Virus record (IMG/VR): IMGVR_UViG_3300020043_000777
Coordinates: 1 to 31,169 of that record
Source: a virus
Taxonomy: Duplodnaviria > Caudoviricetes
DNA: 31,169 nucleotides
Strand: one strand, 5' to 3'
The position numbers and the translations under genes are program-made. Positions 17,189-27,700 of the stretch are shown piece by piece. Positions within the stretch are counted from its first letter, which is position 1. The number at the start of each line of letters is the position of its first letter. Below the pieces are notes generated by a model. It was not told the origin of the DNA. It ran no database searches and saw only the letters and a program-made list of their open reading frames with translations.

Positions 17189-19647
17189 TGACTTCTATTG
17201 CGGGCACGCCCGACCTCGATCCTTCTCAGTCCACGCTGAGCCCGAACTTCGCGCCTTACGTCTACAACTACTTGTCGATGGGTGAGGCTGCAGCTAAGCA
17301 GCCCTTCCAGCCTTTTACAGGTCAGCGCTTCGCAGAGCCTGGAAACCTGCAAAATTTAGCGTTTGCAGGTCTTGGGAGCCTTCAGCAGCCGAGCCAGTAC
17401 GGAACTGCCACAAACCTGTTTTCGGATGCAGGTACGCGGGCGATGGGCATGGGGTACACCCCCACGCAGTTTGGTAATTTTTACCAAGCTCCGGCGCAAT
17501 ATTCACCATCTGGCATGCCGTCTTACGGTCAAGTAGGTGCTCAAGGTATTGCGTCAACGTATCAAGCTCCTGACGCATTTCAGACCGGGCAATTTCAGAA
17601 TCGTTTCCAAGGACCGACGCCGTATCAAGCACAGACGGCTACGTCTGGATATCAACTTCCTTCGCCGTATCAGACGGGTAACTTTGCATCCAATTTTGGC
17701 TATCAAGCTGGTCCCGCGACACAGTTCCAGAATCAGTATCAGGCACCAAAAGACTATCAATCTGGTAGATTTTCTGCTGGTTTTCAAGCGCCATCTACAA
17801 CACCGACAACTGACTTCACAAGCCAATATCAAGCACCATCTTCCTACCAAGGCGCACAATTTGGCAATTTGTTTCGGGGTCCAGGTGCGTATCAATCCTC
17901 AGACATGACGCAGGGGATGTCGCCGCAGTCTTATGCTGCGGGACAATTTACACCGGGCTTTGACTATCAAGCACGGGAGATGCAAACAGGTCTTGGCCCG
18001 GTAAAGTCCATTCAAGATTACATGAGTCAGTACACGGGCGGTGTGTCTGACATTGCTGCTCGTGAAGCTACACGTCAGGCGGACATAAGCCGCACCGCAG
18101 AGCAGGCCCGTTTAGCTCAAGCAGGTGCGTTTGGTGGTTCTCGTCAAGCCATCATGGAGGCCGAACGTCAAAAAAATCTTGGTACGCAAATTGGAGATGT
18201 TCGAGCCAAGGGTCTGCAGGAAGCGTTTGATCGTGCTCAGCAGCAGCGCATGCAGGAGGCTGGTTTAGGTCTTCAAGCTCAACAAGCAACTGAGCAAGCA
18301 AGACAGTTTGGCGCAGAACGTGGTACTCAGTTTGGTCTCCAAGGTCAACAGATGGGGGAACAGTCGCGGCAGTTCGGTGCAGATTTCGGCCTCAAAGGAT
18401 TGAGTCAACTGCTTCAAGCACGTCAGGCATCTGAGGCATCTCGTCAGTTTGGTGCTCAGCAGGGCATGACTGCTGCACAAGCAGAGGCGCAATATGGATT
18501 GTCTGGACTGCAGGCTGGTGAAGCATCTCGACAATTTGGCGCTCAGCAAGATGCTCAATCGCGTCAACTCCAGGCCCAATTTGGGCTTTCTTCTCAGCAA
18601 GCTCGGGAGGCTGCACGCCAGTTCAATGCTGGTCAGTCTATGACTGCTGCTCAGCTTCAGTCGCAGTTTGGGTTGGATGCGCAAAAAGCAGAGGAGATGT
18701 CACGGCAATTTTCGTCCCAACAAGGGATGCAAGCGTCTCAACTTCAAGCGCAGTTTGGTTTGTCCGCACAGCAAGCTCAAGAGGCGGCGCGTCAATTTAA
18801 CGCGGGGCAAACGCTGACAGCAGAGCAGCTTCAGACGCAGTTTGGCCTCGACGCCCAGAAGGCGCAGGAGATGTCTCGCCAGTTTGGTGCTCAGCAAGCT
18901 ATGACAGGTGCGGAGACTGGCGCTCGACTGGGGCTTCAGGCGCAGCAGCAAACGGCTCAAGAACGGCAATTTGGGGCACAACAAGCCATGCAGGCTCAGC
19001 AGCTTCAGGCTCAGTTTGGTCTGAGTGCAGATCAGGCAGCAGAAGCATCTCGGCAGTTTGGCTCAGGTCAACGCATGACGGCGGCGCAGCTTCAAGCGCA
19101 GTTTGGTTTGGATGCCCAGAAGGCCAATCAGATGGCCCAGATGCAGGCGCAACAGTACAACCAGCAAGCAGCGTTGGAAGCGGCGCGGCAGGCTGAAGCG
19201 TCACGTCAGTATGGATATGGTCAGCAGATGACCGGGGCTCAGTTGGGTGCTCAATATGGTTTGCAAGGCGCACAGCAGACGGAAGCATCACGCCAGTTCG
19301 GTGCTCAGTATGGTATGGATGCGTTGCGCCAACAACTTGCCGCTGCTCAAGGGCTGTCTGGCGTGGGAACCGCTCAGTTTGGCACACAACTTCAAGGTCT
19401 TGAGTCACTGCTTCGCGCTGGTGGAGTGCAGCGTGACATCGCCCAGCAGCCGCTTGACTTTGGCTACCAGCAGTTCCAAGAGTCCCTGAAGTACCCGATG
19501 CAGCAAGCTCAGTTCATGCAGTCTTTGGCGCAAGGTTTGCCGCTACAGGCGCGGCCTTACAGCGAAGGCGACTCTGGGATTGGTTCTGCACTGCAGGGCG
19601 GGCTCTCCGGCTTGGCGCTGTACAAAGCACTTTTTCCGAACGGGTAA
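17185..19647 (+). CDS. Gln-rich DNA-transfer/pilot-type ejection protein with two repeat arrays
   Basis: Central DYMSQY...AGAFGGSRQAIMEAE core (AGAFGGSR at 18121-18144), C-terminal LDFGYQQFQE...YP.QQ and a hydrophobic end, flanked by the repeat arrays below. Confidence 0.7.
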   Translation: MMTSIAGTPDLDPSQSTLSPNFAPYVYNYLSMGEAAAKQPFQPFTGQRFAEPGNLQNLAFAGLGSLQQPSQYGTATNLFSDAGTRAMGMGYTPTQFGNFYQAPAQYSPSGMPSYGQVGAQGIASTYQAPDAFQTGQFQNRFQGPTPYQAQTATSGYQLPSPYQTGNFASNFGYQAGPATQFQNQYQAPKDYQSGRFSAGFQAPSTTPTTDFTSQYQAPSSYQGAQFGNLFRGPGAYQSSDMTQGMSPQSYAAGQFTPGFDYQAREMQTGLGPVKSIQDYMSQYTGGVSDIAAREATRQADISRTAEQARLAQAGAFGGSRQAIMEAERQKNLGTQIGDVRAKGLQEAFDRAQQQRMQEAGLGLQAQQATEQARQFGAERGTQFGLQGQQMGEQSRQFGADFGLKGLSQLLQARQASEASRQFGAQQGMTAAQAEAQYGLSGLQAGEASRQFGAQQDAQSRQLQAQFGLSSQQAREAARQFNAGQSMTAAQLQSQFGLDAQKAEEMSRQFSSQQGMQASQLQAQFGLSAQQAQEAARQFNAGQTLTAEQLQTQFGLDAQKAQEMSRQFGAQQAMTGAETGARLGLQAQQQTAQERQFGAQQAMQAQQLQAQFGLSADQAAEASRQFGSGQRMTAAQLQAQFGLDAQKANQMAQMQAQQYNQQAALEAARQAEASRQYGYGQQMTGAQLGAQYGLQGAQQTEASRQFGAQYGMDALRQQLAAAQGLSGVGTAQFGTQLQGLESLLRAGGVQRDIAQQPLDFGYQQFQESLKYPMQQAQFMQSLAQGLPLQARPYSEGDSGIGSALQGGLSGLALYKALFPNG
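17482..17991 (+). repeat. Coding array of ~15-aa [YF]QAP..YQ.G.F units (12 units: 14,12,15,15,15,14,15,15,15,15,14,11 aa)
   Basis: Units delimited by hand from the translation; total 170 aa = 510 nt. Confidence 0.85.
18292..19317 (+). repeat. Coding array of 29-aa EASRQFGAQQ..TAAQLQAQFGL units (22, 25, 8x29, 22, 29 aa plus a partial unit)
   Basis: Units delimited by hand; RQ[FY] recurs at exact 29-aa (87-nt) spacing through eight consecutive units. Confidence 0.9.
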
Positions 19648-19650
19648 AAA

Positions 19651-21714
19651 ATGATGCAACAAGGAATCCAATCGCTGATGCCGCAACAAGGCCCCCAGCA
19701 GGGCCCGATGCCCGGTCAGGCTCAACAAGCCCCGATGCCGGGGATGATGCCAAAGCCGGGAGCACCAACGCCCCAAGCTATGGTCGGCCCGCTGGCTCAG
19801 ATGCCGATGCAGCAGTTGGTTCAGCTTATGGCAAACCCTCGTCCAGATGGGCCTCCGTTGTACGCTGTGCTCACGGCGATCACTAAGAAGCAGGAGCAAG
19901 CTCAGGCGCAGGCGTCAGTGCAGCGCCAAATGGCTATGGCCCAAGGTCAGCAAGCAGCACAGCAGCCACCTATTGCACAGCAAGTAATGGCGCAAGCACA
20001 GCAATCTGAGCGTCAAAATCCTGAACAACAAATACGTCGTCGTATTTCAGACGCATTGGCGCAGGGCAAAACAGCCGAAGTAAGTGCGTTGTTAGATCAA
20101 CTTAAAGAGTTGGAGTTTGCCGAATTCACTCAGCAAAATCAAAAGCAAGAGCCGGGTTTTGCATACGGCGGCGAGATGCGTGGCTATGCGGGTGGCGGGG
20201 CGGTGGCGTTTGGACGCGGCGGTAATGTCCAATATTTTAACCAAGGCGCGGATGAGTTTGGGTTGATGGCTAATCCAGAAGCAGAAGCAATGGACGCGCT
20301 GCGTGTTGAGCGTGCGCAAAAGATGGAAGCGCTGCGTGTTGAGCGCGAGCAAAAAGAAAAGCAGCTAAAAGCACTAGAGGAAACTTATTACTCACTCATG
20401 ATGCAGAACGATCCTCGTGCTGCACAGGTCAAACAACAACTAGAAGCTCTTTCTAATCGCCCATCTGTTTCTGTGCGTCCAGCGCCTGCGCCTGCTATGT
20501 CGCCTGAAGCACAATCACTGGCAAATAGACAAGGCCCGCGTGGCACCGTGGCGGCAGAAAGATCTAGTGTCGCCCAACCTAGCGCAACAACGTTTGACAT
20601 CACCAATCCTGCATCTATAAACGCACTTCGGATTGCTGCACAAGATACTTCTTTGCCAGAAGCAGAGCGTGCGGCGTTGAGTCAACGTATTGTTATGATG
20701 GAAGGAAATCGACCTTCCCAATCCGGTGTGGTTTCTTTGGCAAAGCCGCAGGCAACGTTGACGCCGGAAGAAGAACAATATTTTGCCAACAAGGCTTCAA
20801 CTCTAAGAACGCGGCAAGGTGTACCCGAAGATGTTCTAGCGGGGCGGCAAGGAATTGCTTCTCTTGCGGCTGAGAACTTGGCCGCACAACGCGCAGAACG
20901 TGAACAGATGGCGCGTGAGGCAAAAGAACAACGTGATGCTGCTTTGGCAAGAGCACAGCGTGGAATTTTGGATGACCCGCAAGCACTGCTTGCCTTGGCT
21001 GGCGGCATTGATACCCGAAGAGGCAAAGGTCTTGGATCGCTGGCTCGCGGAGCGGCAGGCATCATGGGTGGTAAAGAAACCGCCGCTGAAGCCGCACGTA
21101 AAGAATATGCACTTTCCCAGCGCGATCAGCGGATGCTTCAAGCCAATGAGCGGCAAGCAAACATGCTTGAGATGCAGCGTCAGCAAGCTATCCGTGAGAA
21201 CAATGTACCCCGCGTATCTCAGATTGAGGATCAACTTGCAGCGCTTGAGATGCAGAAGTCACAGCTCTTGCGGTCGCGTCAGGAGCATGCTGAGAAAATT
21301 GGGCTTGAAGAGCGCAAAGTTGGCGCTATGGAATCAGAAGCCACTGCAAAGTTAGGGCGTCCAACAGAGATTGATTTCTTCCGCCAAGATCCTGAAGGCT
21401 ACGGAAGATTTCAAGCCGCTCGTCGGGGGCCTCAAACGGCGGGGGAGCGGCAAGATCTTGCTGAACTAAAGACGCTGCAAGGTAATCTTCAAAAGCAAGT
21501 TGAAAATTACATCCTTCCCAAGCCGCAGAGGGATGCCGCTGCCGTACAACTTCAGCAAGTTAACGCAAGGTTGGCGCAAATGGCTGGGATTGATGGCGCA
21601 CCAATGCCTACTGGTGGCGTGGTAACTCCTAAGTCTCAAGCGGAATTTAATGCGCTGCCCAAGGGAGCGCGTTACATTAACCCAGCGGACGGCAAAGAGT
21701 ACACAAAGAACTGA
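19651..21714 (+). CDS. Coiled-coil-rich putative internal virion (ejection) protein
   Basis: Q/P-rich N-terminus, tandem FAYGG/YAGGG/FGRGG motifs, long A/E/Q/R helices, a Gly-rich hydrophobic segment (ALLALAGG...GLGSLARGAAGIMG) and a small C-terminal domain. Confidence 0.65.
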   Translation: MMQQGIQSLMPQQGPQQGPMPGQAQQAPMPGMMPKPGAPTPQAMVGPLAQMPMQQLVQLMANPRPDGPPLYAVLTAITKKQEQAQAQASVQRQMAMAQGQQAAQQPPIAQQVMAQAQQSERQNPEQQIRRRISDALAQGKTAEVSALLDQLKELEFAEFTQQNQKQEPGFAYGGEMRGYAGGGAVAFGRGGNVQYFNQGADEFGLMANPEAEAMDALRVERAQKMEALRVEREQKEKQLKALEETYYSLMMQNDPRAAQVKQQLEALSNRPSVSVRPAPAPAMSPEAQSLANRQGPRGTVAAERSSVAQPSATTFDITNPASINALRIAAQDTSLPEAERAALSQRIVMMEGNRPSQSGVVSLAKPQATLTPEEEQYFANKASTLRTRQGVPEDVLAGRQGIASLAAENLAAQRAEREQMAREAKEQRDAALARAQRGILDDPQALLALAGGIDTRRGKGLGSLARGAAGIMGGKETAAEAARKEYALSQRDQRMLQANERQANMLEMQRQQAIRENNVPRVSQIEDQLAALEMQKSQLLRSRQEHAEKIGLEERKVGAMESEATAKLGRPTEIDFFRQDPEGYGRFQAARRGPQTAGERQDLAELKTLQGNLQKQVENYILPKPQRDAAAVQLQQVNARLAQMAGIDGAPMPTGGVVTPKSQAEFNALPKGARYINPADGKEYTKN
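20290..20355 (+). repeat. 33-bp in-frame tandem duplication (MDALRVERAQK / MEALRVEREQK)
   Basis: atggacgcgctgcgtgttgagcgtgcgcaaaag followed by atggaagcgctgcgtgttgagcgcgagcaaaaa. Confidence 0.9.
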
Positions 21715-21716
21715 TC

Positions 21717-24700
21717 ATGGCACTGGACTTCTCAAAATTTGGCACTCCGGTAGAGCAAACTTCTGCTCTGGATTTTTCAAAGTTTGGGACTCCAGTCCAG
21801 CCGCCTGAAAAGGAGAGCGCCTTCCGTCAGATTGCAGACGTACCGCTGGGCATAGCCAAGGGCGCGGTCCAAGGCGTTCGCATGATCGCGGACGCTTTCG
21901 GTGCTGGGTCTGACACATCCAAGACCATTAAATCTGCTGAGACATACCTTGCAGATTTGATGTCTGCCCAGGCCAAGAACGACCAGCAAGAGATCTCACG
22001 CATCATGAAGGATGCGGAGGACAAAGGCGTGCTGGATCAGGTTAAGGCTGGTATCAAGGCTTTTTCAGTTGCGCCTATTGACACTCTTAGTAGTGCGTTA
22101 GGCACTGCTGCACCCGTCATAGCTGGCGCGCTGGGTGCCAAAATTCTTGGTGCTGGTGCGCTTGTAAGCACTGGTGTTTCAGCACTGACTGGCGCTGGCA
22201 TGGGCGCTGGTGTGGTCAAGGGTTCCATCTACGAGGAAACCAAGAAAGCACTGAAGGACGCTGGTGCTTCTGAGCAGGACGCTGAGACTCGGGCAGAACT
22301 TGCCCAACAGTACAACGGTAAGAACCTTGACCAAATTTTGTTGGGCACTGTGCTGGGTGGTGCTGCTGCTGTCGGCCCGTTGGAAAAGGGCGGCGCGGCA
22401 ATATTGGCACGCAGGATTCTTGGCAAGACTGGTACGGAAGCGACAGAGACCGTAGCAGAGCAAGCAGCAAAGGGTGCGGTTCGTCGCCGCCTAGAAGCCG
22501 GTGCGCTGGAAGCTGTGCCTGAAGCCATCCAGGCAGGGCAAGAGCAAGTAGCGCAGAACATCGCTTTGCAGCGGGAAGGGTTTGATGTACCTACGTTCCG
22601 TGGTGCGGTTAGTGCTGCCACGCTGGAAGGTATTGCTGGCGGTGGACTTGGTGCTGCGGTTGGTGGTGGTAAGCCTGCCGTTGCCCCCGAGGCTGAGCCT
22701 GCTCCACCTGTAGCCCCTCCACCTGAAGCGCCCGAAGCAGAACTGGAACAACTGACTCCGCAGCAGAAGCAAGAGCTTGAGCGTCAACGCGCATTACGTG
22801 AGCGCCCGCAGACTACGGAAGAACTGTTGGCCGGTATTACTCCCGCGCCGACCACAACTCCGCTGGACGTGGCGCGTATTCGCGATGAGCATGAAACGGC
22901 AGTGATTGAAGGGCTACTGGCTCAAGATGCAGAGATGAAGCTGGCAAATGACTTTGCCCGCAGACAACTGGAGCTTGAGAGCGAGGCAGAAGCTACTGCT
23001 GGTGGGATCTCTGACGTAGACACTAGAGTCCGCGAAGGCCGCATCTTCTCCCGCGTGCAGGATCTGATTGACCGCAACATCCCGTATGCCAGCACGGCCA
23101 TCAATGACATCAACCAAAAATTTGGTGTCATCAAAGAAGCCCCGCTGACTGAGGATGAGCGGGCTCGTGTAGAAAACATCATGGGCATGGTGAGCACGTT
23201 CACTAATTTTGTGAACCTGCCTGTGCTTGCGCCAAAACTTGTGGACCCGTTTGCTGAGAACCAGCAGATGGAAGCCCTTATCAGAGAAAGGACAGAGAGT
23301 GGACAAGCCCAGCCCGTACGAACAGCGCCTGCTGCGCCAAGCCCGAGCGTCCAAGAAACTCCCGTCAGCCAAGGAGTTGGCGAAGGTCCAGCCGTACGAC
23401 CGACGAGTGGCGTTGAGCCTAGCGTTGCGGAAGATAGTGAACTCGTAACTCCGCCTGCCGCTGTTGAGACGCCTGCGCCTACTGCCCCCTCTGCGCCTGA
23501 TCGGGCACAAGTTCAAAGCACACTCAACACGCTTGAAGACGGCGACACCATCGTCACAGATGACGGTGATCGCGTTGTTGTCTCAAAAGTTATCCGCAAC
23601 AAGAATGGCGATGTAACAGCTATCGTCACGCCAAAAATTGACGAGGAAGGCTTTACAGGTATTGACTTTGATGGTCTGGCGTCTTTTGTTACGCCACAGC
23701 CATACATGGACAGCACCACTGGTGAGCGTAAATTTACGAGCCCAGCAACGATTGAGAAAGCTGCTGCGCCTGCGGTACCGGCACCTGCGGCACAGGAATC
23801 TGCTGTAGAACCAGCAGCTCCGACAGCAAAAACGCCCAGCGAACGGCAGGAGCGCATTGCTTTTGGCAAGGCTATCAGCGCAGCACAACCGTATCCAGGC
23901 TCACTGCGGGGCCGTGTAAATCTTCCTGCTCAGAAGGCTGCGAAGGAAGGCAACTTCCAAGGCGTATTGTCTGCTTTGGAAAAGAGCAAGAACGTCATCG
24001 TTGCTGAGATTGCCAAGCGGGCAAAATCTCTGGGCACCAAAATTGTCATTGATAGCAATGCAGAGGAGACGTATACAGGGCCAAGCACCCTTATGCGGCA
24101 AATGTCCATCGATGGCGCAAAGATGCACCTTGATGCGTTAGAAAAGATCCGCGCACTTGCACCACAAGTAGATGCGCTGCCAGATAAAGCAGAGCTTAGC
24201 TACGCCATTCGCGGCGAAACAATTAACGCTATTGACAACGGTGAGTCTGCTGGGCGCATGGGCTTGGAAGATATTGCCAGGATGGGGCACAGCATGTTTG
24301 CTCCTCTGTCTATTGGCGAAAGCAAACTTAGAACAAAGGAAGACTTCAAAAGACTGCAGAAGGCGTATGAAGATCTCACTTCAGAATATGGAGAGAACGC
24401 ACTTCAACTGACATCTACTGGGTCGGCAGAGATGCGTGGTGTTGCGGGAGCTTACGATGCAGACACAGATACCATCCGTGTTCCTGAATACACCGCAAAG
24501 CGCGAAGAAGTTCTCTCACATGAGATTGTTCATGCGCAGACAGTTCAATCCATCGCCAATCCAACTCTGCGGCAAAAGCCTATTGTTGCTAGGTTGAACA
24601 AACTTTACGAGCACGTAAAGAAAGAACTGGAAGGCAGACCTGGGCGTGCTCCGTATGGCATTCAAAGCATTCAGGAGTTTGTTGCTGAAGGCATGGGCAA

Positions 24701-27700
24701 CCCTGTGTTTCAGTTCCTGTTGAAGAAGATCAAGTACGAGAACACTTCTGCTTGGGACTCGTTTGTCCAGACGATTGCAAACTTGATTGGTGTAAAGCGG
24801 GACACAGCTTTTACAGAGTTGCTGTCTATCTACAGCGATCTGACCACGGAACAGAAGGCTGCAGCACCCACTGTAGAAGCCGCTGCGCCCAAAGCAGAAG
24901 CGCCCCCTACTCTAGACACTTCAGGCGTCACACCGGCCAAAGGCCGTCATCCGCAAGTCCAAGCGGCAGCAAAACTTCTTCAAGAAAAGAAGATGTCTCG
25001 GGAGGAGTTTGAGAAGTACGTTGACGCCTATAAACCGATTGAAACTATTAAAGCGGAAACACTTTATCCGCCGTCATCTGTTGAAAGCATGGCCAAAGCC
25101 ATTCGTGGTGCAGAAAACAAAAGAAAAATTAATATACCGATTGCGGATGGCACACGAGTTGGTTTGCGTATGGATCTGCCTGCCCGTGACCAGGGCGTGC
25201 CAGTCGTATCAATTCATGAAGGCAAGCCGAACGACGATCCAAAAACTGGGAAGCCTTACAAGAGTTCAGGAAAAGTTATTGGGTATGGCAGCACTGGTTA
25301 TTTGAAAGATGTCTTCTTCGCCCCGCGTGATCAAGAGAAAAGTTTGGTCATGGGCATTGAGCCCATCAAAGAACCTTTGCAAACGGCAGAAGGTACGTGG
25401 TTCAACCTGAGCCCAGAGGAAACCTACGCCCGCGTCAAGGAGTTGATGAAAGACCCGGCCTGGAAGCAGATCGGTTTTGATCCTTCTCGGCATGGGTACT
25501 TCTACGACAGGAAGACAACTCAGCCTGTCGTCTCTGCTTCAGAGATGTACCAAGTGGGCCAGTTCCTCTTGGCTAAGGATGTCGAGTACGCGCCTAAAGA
25601 GAACTACTTGTACTCCCTTGGCGGTGAGCGTGCGCAAGTACAAGCCTTTGAGCAGACCCTACGCAGTCTCCTGAACAAGTTTGGCCTGAAGGATGTGGGC
25701 CTGAAGATTCTGGATGGGATGACTGATTCCGGCTCCTATGCCGCGCAACTGATCCGTATTGCCGCTGATGCCGCGAACCCCGTTCGGACATTGAGGCACG
25801 AGGCTATCCACGCCCTGCGAGAACTGGGCTTCTTCACTGATGCGCAGTGGAGTTCTCTGTCCAAGATGGCAAAGGACAAGTGGATTGACCAGTACCTCAA
25901 GCAAAGGAACGTAGACGGCAAACCCCTGAAGGCAGGGGAAGAATCCCGGTATGACGCTTACATGCGTGAGTACAACGGGGACATGGAGAAGATTACCGAA
26001 GAAGCGGTGGGCGATGCTTTTGCTGACTTCGATGCCACGAAGCCGCCCGCTGGGATGCTTCAGGCTTTGCTTAAGCGGATGAAGGACTTGTTCCAGTCCA
26101 TCAAATCTGCGCTTACGAAGGTTGAATCACCTGAGCAAATCTTTGGCAAGGTTGAGAAGGGCGAACTGAAGGAAGGCGCACGCGAGGCTAAGGGCGAAGC
26201 AAAGAGCCTGCGTGACAGGGCTACCGCTAACTTTAAGCGCTGGTTTGGTGACAGCAAAGTAGTGGATGAGAAGGGTGAGCCGCTGGTGGTGTACCACGGC
26301 GGACCGTCTGGTATCACTGCGTTTGATGCCAGCAGACAAGACGTCACGGCGAGCTATGGTCCTGGGTTTTATTTCACCACCTCGGCAAACAGGGCAAAGA
26401 GCATGTACGCGCTTGGCCCAAAATCTGAGGTTTATCCCGTTTACTTGTCTATTCAAAATCCGGCAACGCTTGATCAAGCCAGAAAACTTAAGTTTGATCG
26501 CAAGGCAATGGAGGCCGCTGGATTTGATGGCATAGCGATTGAACGAGAAGGCGACACAGAGTACGTTGCTTTCAAATCCACCCAGATTAAATCTGCTACG
26601 CAAAACAACGGAGACTACAGCCTTACAAATGCTGACATCCGTAAGAGCCTGGGCGGGCGCAACCCCGGAGAGCAGGCTATCTCCATCGTTAACTCTCTTG
26701 GCATGGGCGTGAAGCCGCCTGAGCCTGGGCGTGCTGAGAAGGCGATGAAGATCCTGAAGGACGCAGGAGAGAACCCGTCCCTTACAAAGGAGTCAGCCAA
26801 GAAGACTCTGACCAAGTGGTTGGACTGGTTTGAGACTACTGTGTTCTCAAGCGACTCTGCGTTCAACAACAAAATTAGGCGCGGCATCATCAGTGACTTC
26901 AAGCAGAACCCTGAAGTTTTGGGCATGCTGCTTGAGGCTAGCCAGTCTCAGACTGTTCACGCTGACGCGCTTGCCAGCCAGTTCATGATTGACGGCGGGC
27001 TGCAGTACAACGAAGAACTGAAGAAGTGGGAATCCGTCAAGAAGGAAGATAACTTTGTCGCTTTGGCTAAGAAGATTGAAGACCTAGCCACGAAGTACAA
27101 CGTGACGAAGGACGAGATGGAGCGTATTGCTCACACGTACTTCGTAGCCAAGCGACTGCCGGGGATCATCAAGCGCAACGAAGAGTTGGACGCTGAGATC
27201 AAGGCCGAGCGTGCCACGGCCAAGCCCGACCGCAAGCAGATTGAAGAGTGGGAATCCCTGAAGGTTTTCGTCTCTGATGAGCAACTTGCGATGATGGAGC
27301 CGGGGCTGTCTCTGGTGAAGACCATTCCTGAACTCAAGGAAGTGGTAGACATCTGGCAAGGCATCCGCAAGAACAACATTGACGTGATGGTCAACAGCGG
27401 CCTGTGGTCGCCCGAGTACGCAACTGCCATGTGGGACAACATGGACTACGTTCCGTACTACCGCGAGGAGCAGCTTGAGGAAGGCGCAGGCCCGCAAGAA
27501 TTTATCCGTGGTCTTCAGGTCAAGTCCAAGGAGTTCCAACTGAAGGGCTCCGGTGCGGCGGTGAATGATGTCTTTGACAACATGATCCGCTGGAGTCAGT
27601 ACGCCATGAACCGGGCGATACGGGCGCACAAGGCCACGCAGATGATTGACGCGGCGCTGAAGATTGAGGTTGACGGCAAGCCGATGGCGACCAAGGTCAC

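Noticed and set aside
18292-19317. Regularly spaced CG.CAGTTTGG DNA repeats resembling a CRISPR-like array
   Set aside because: In-frame 87-nt coding repeats with synonymous variation and self-similar intervening sequence; no cas genes.
14741-19647. Calling these genes a siphovirus tape measure protein
   Set aside because: No tail tube, tail assembly chaperone or distal-tail genes are recognisable, while a gp10-like hub and adaptors indicate a short tail; only a C-terminal module and the repeat periodicity are shared.
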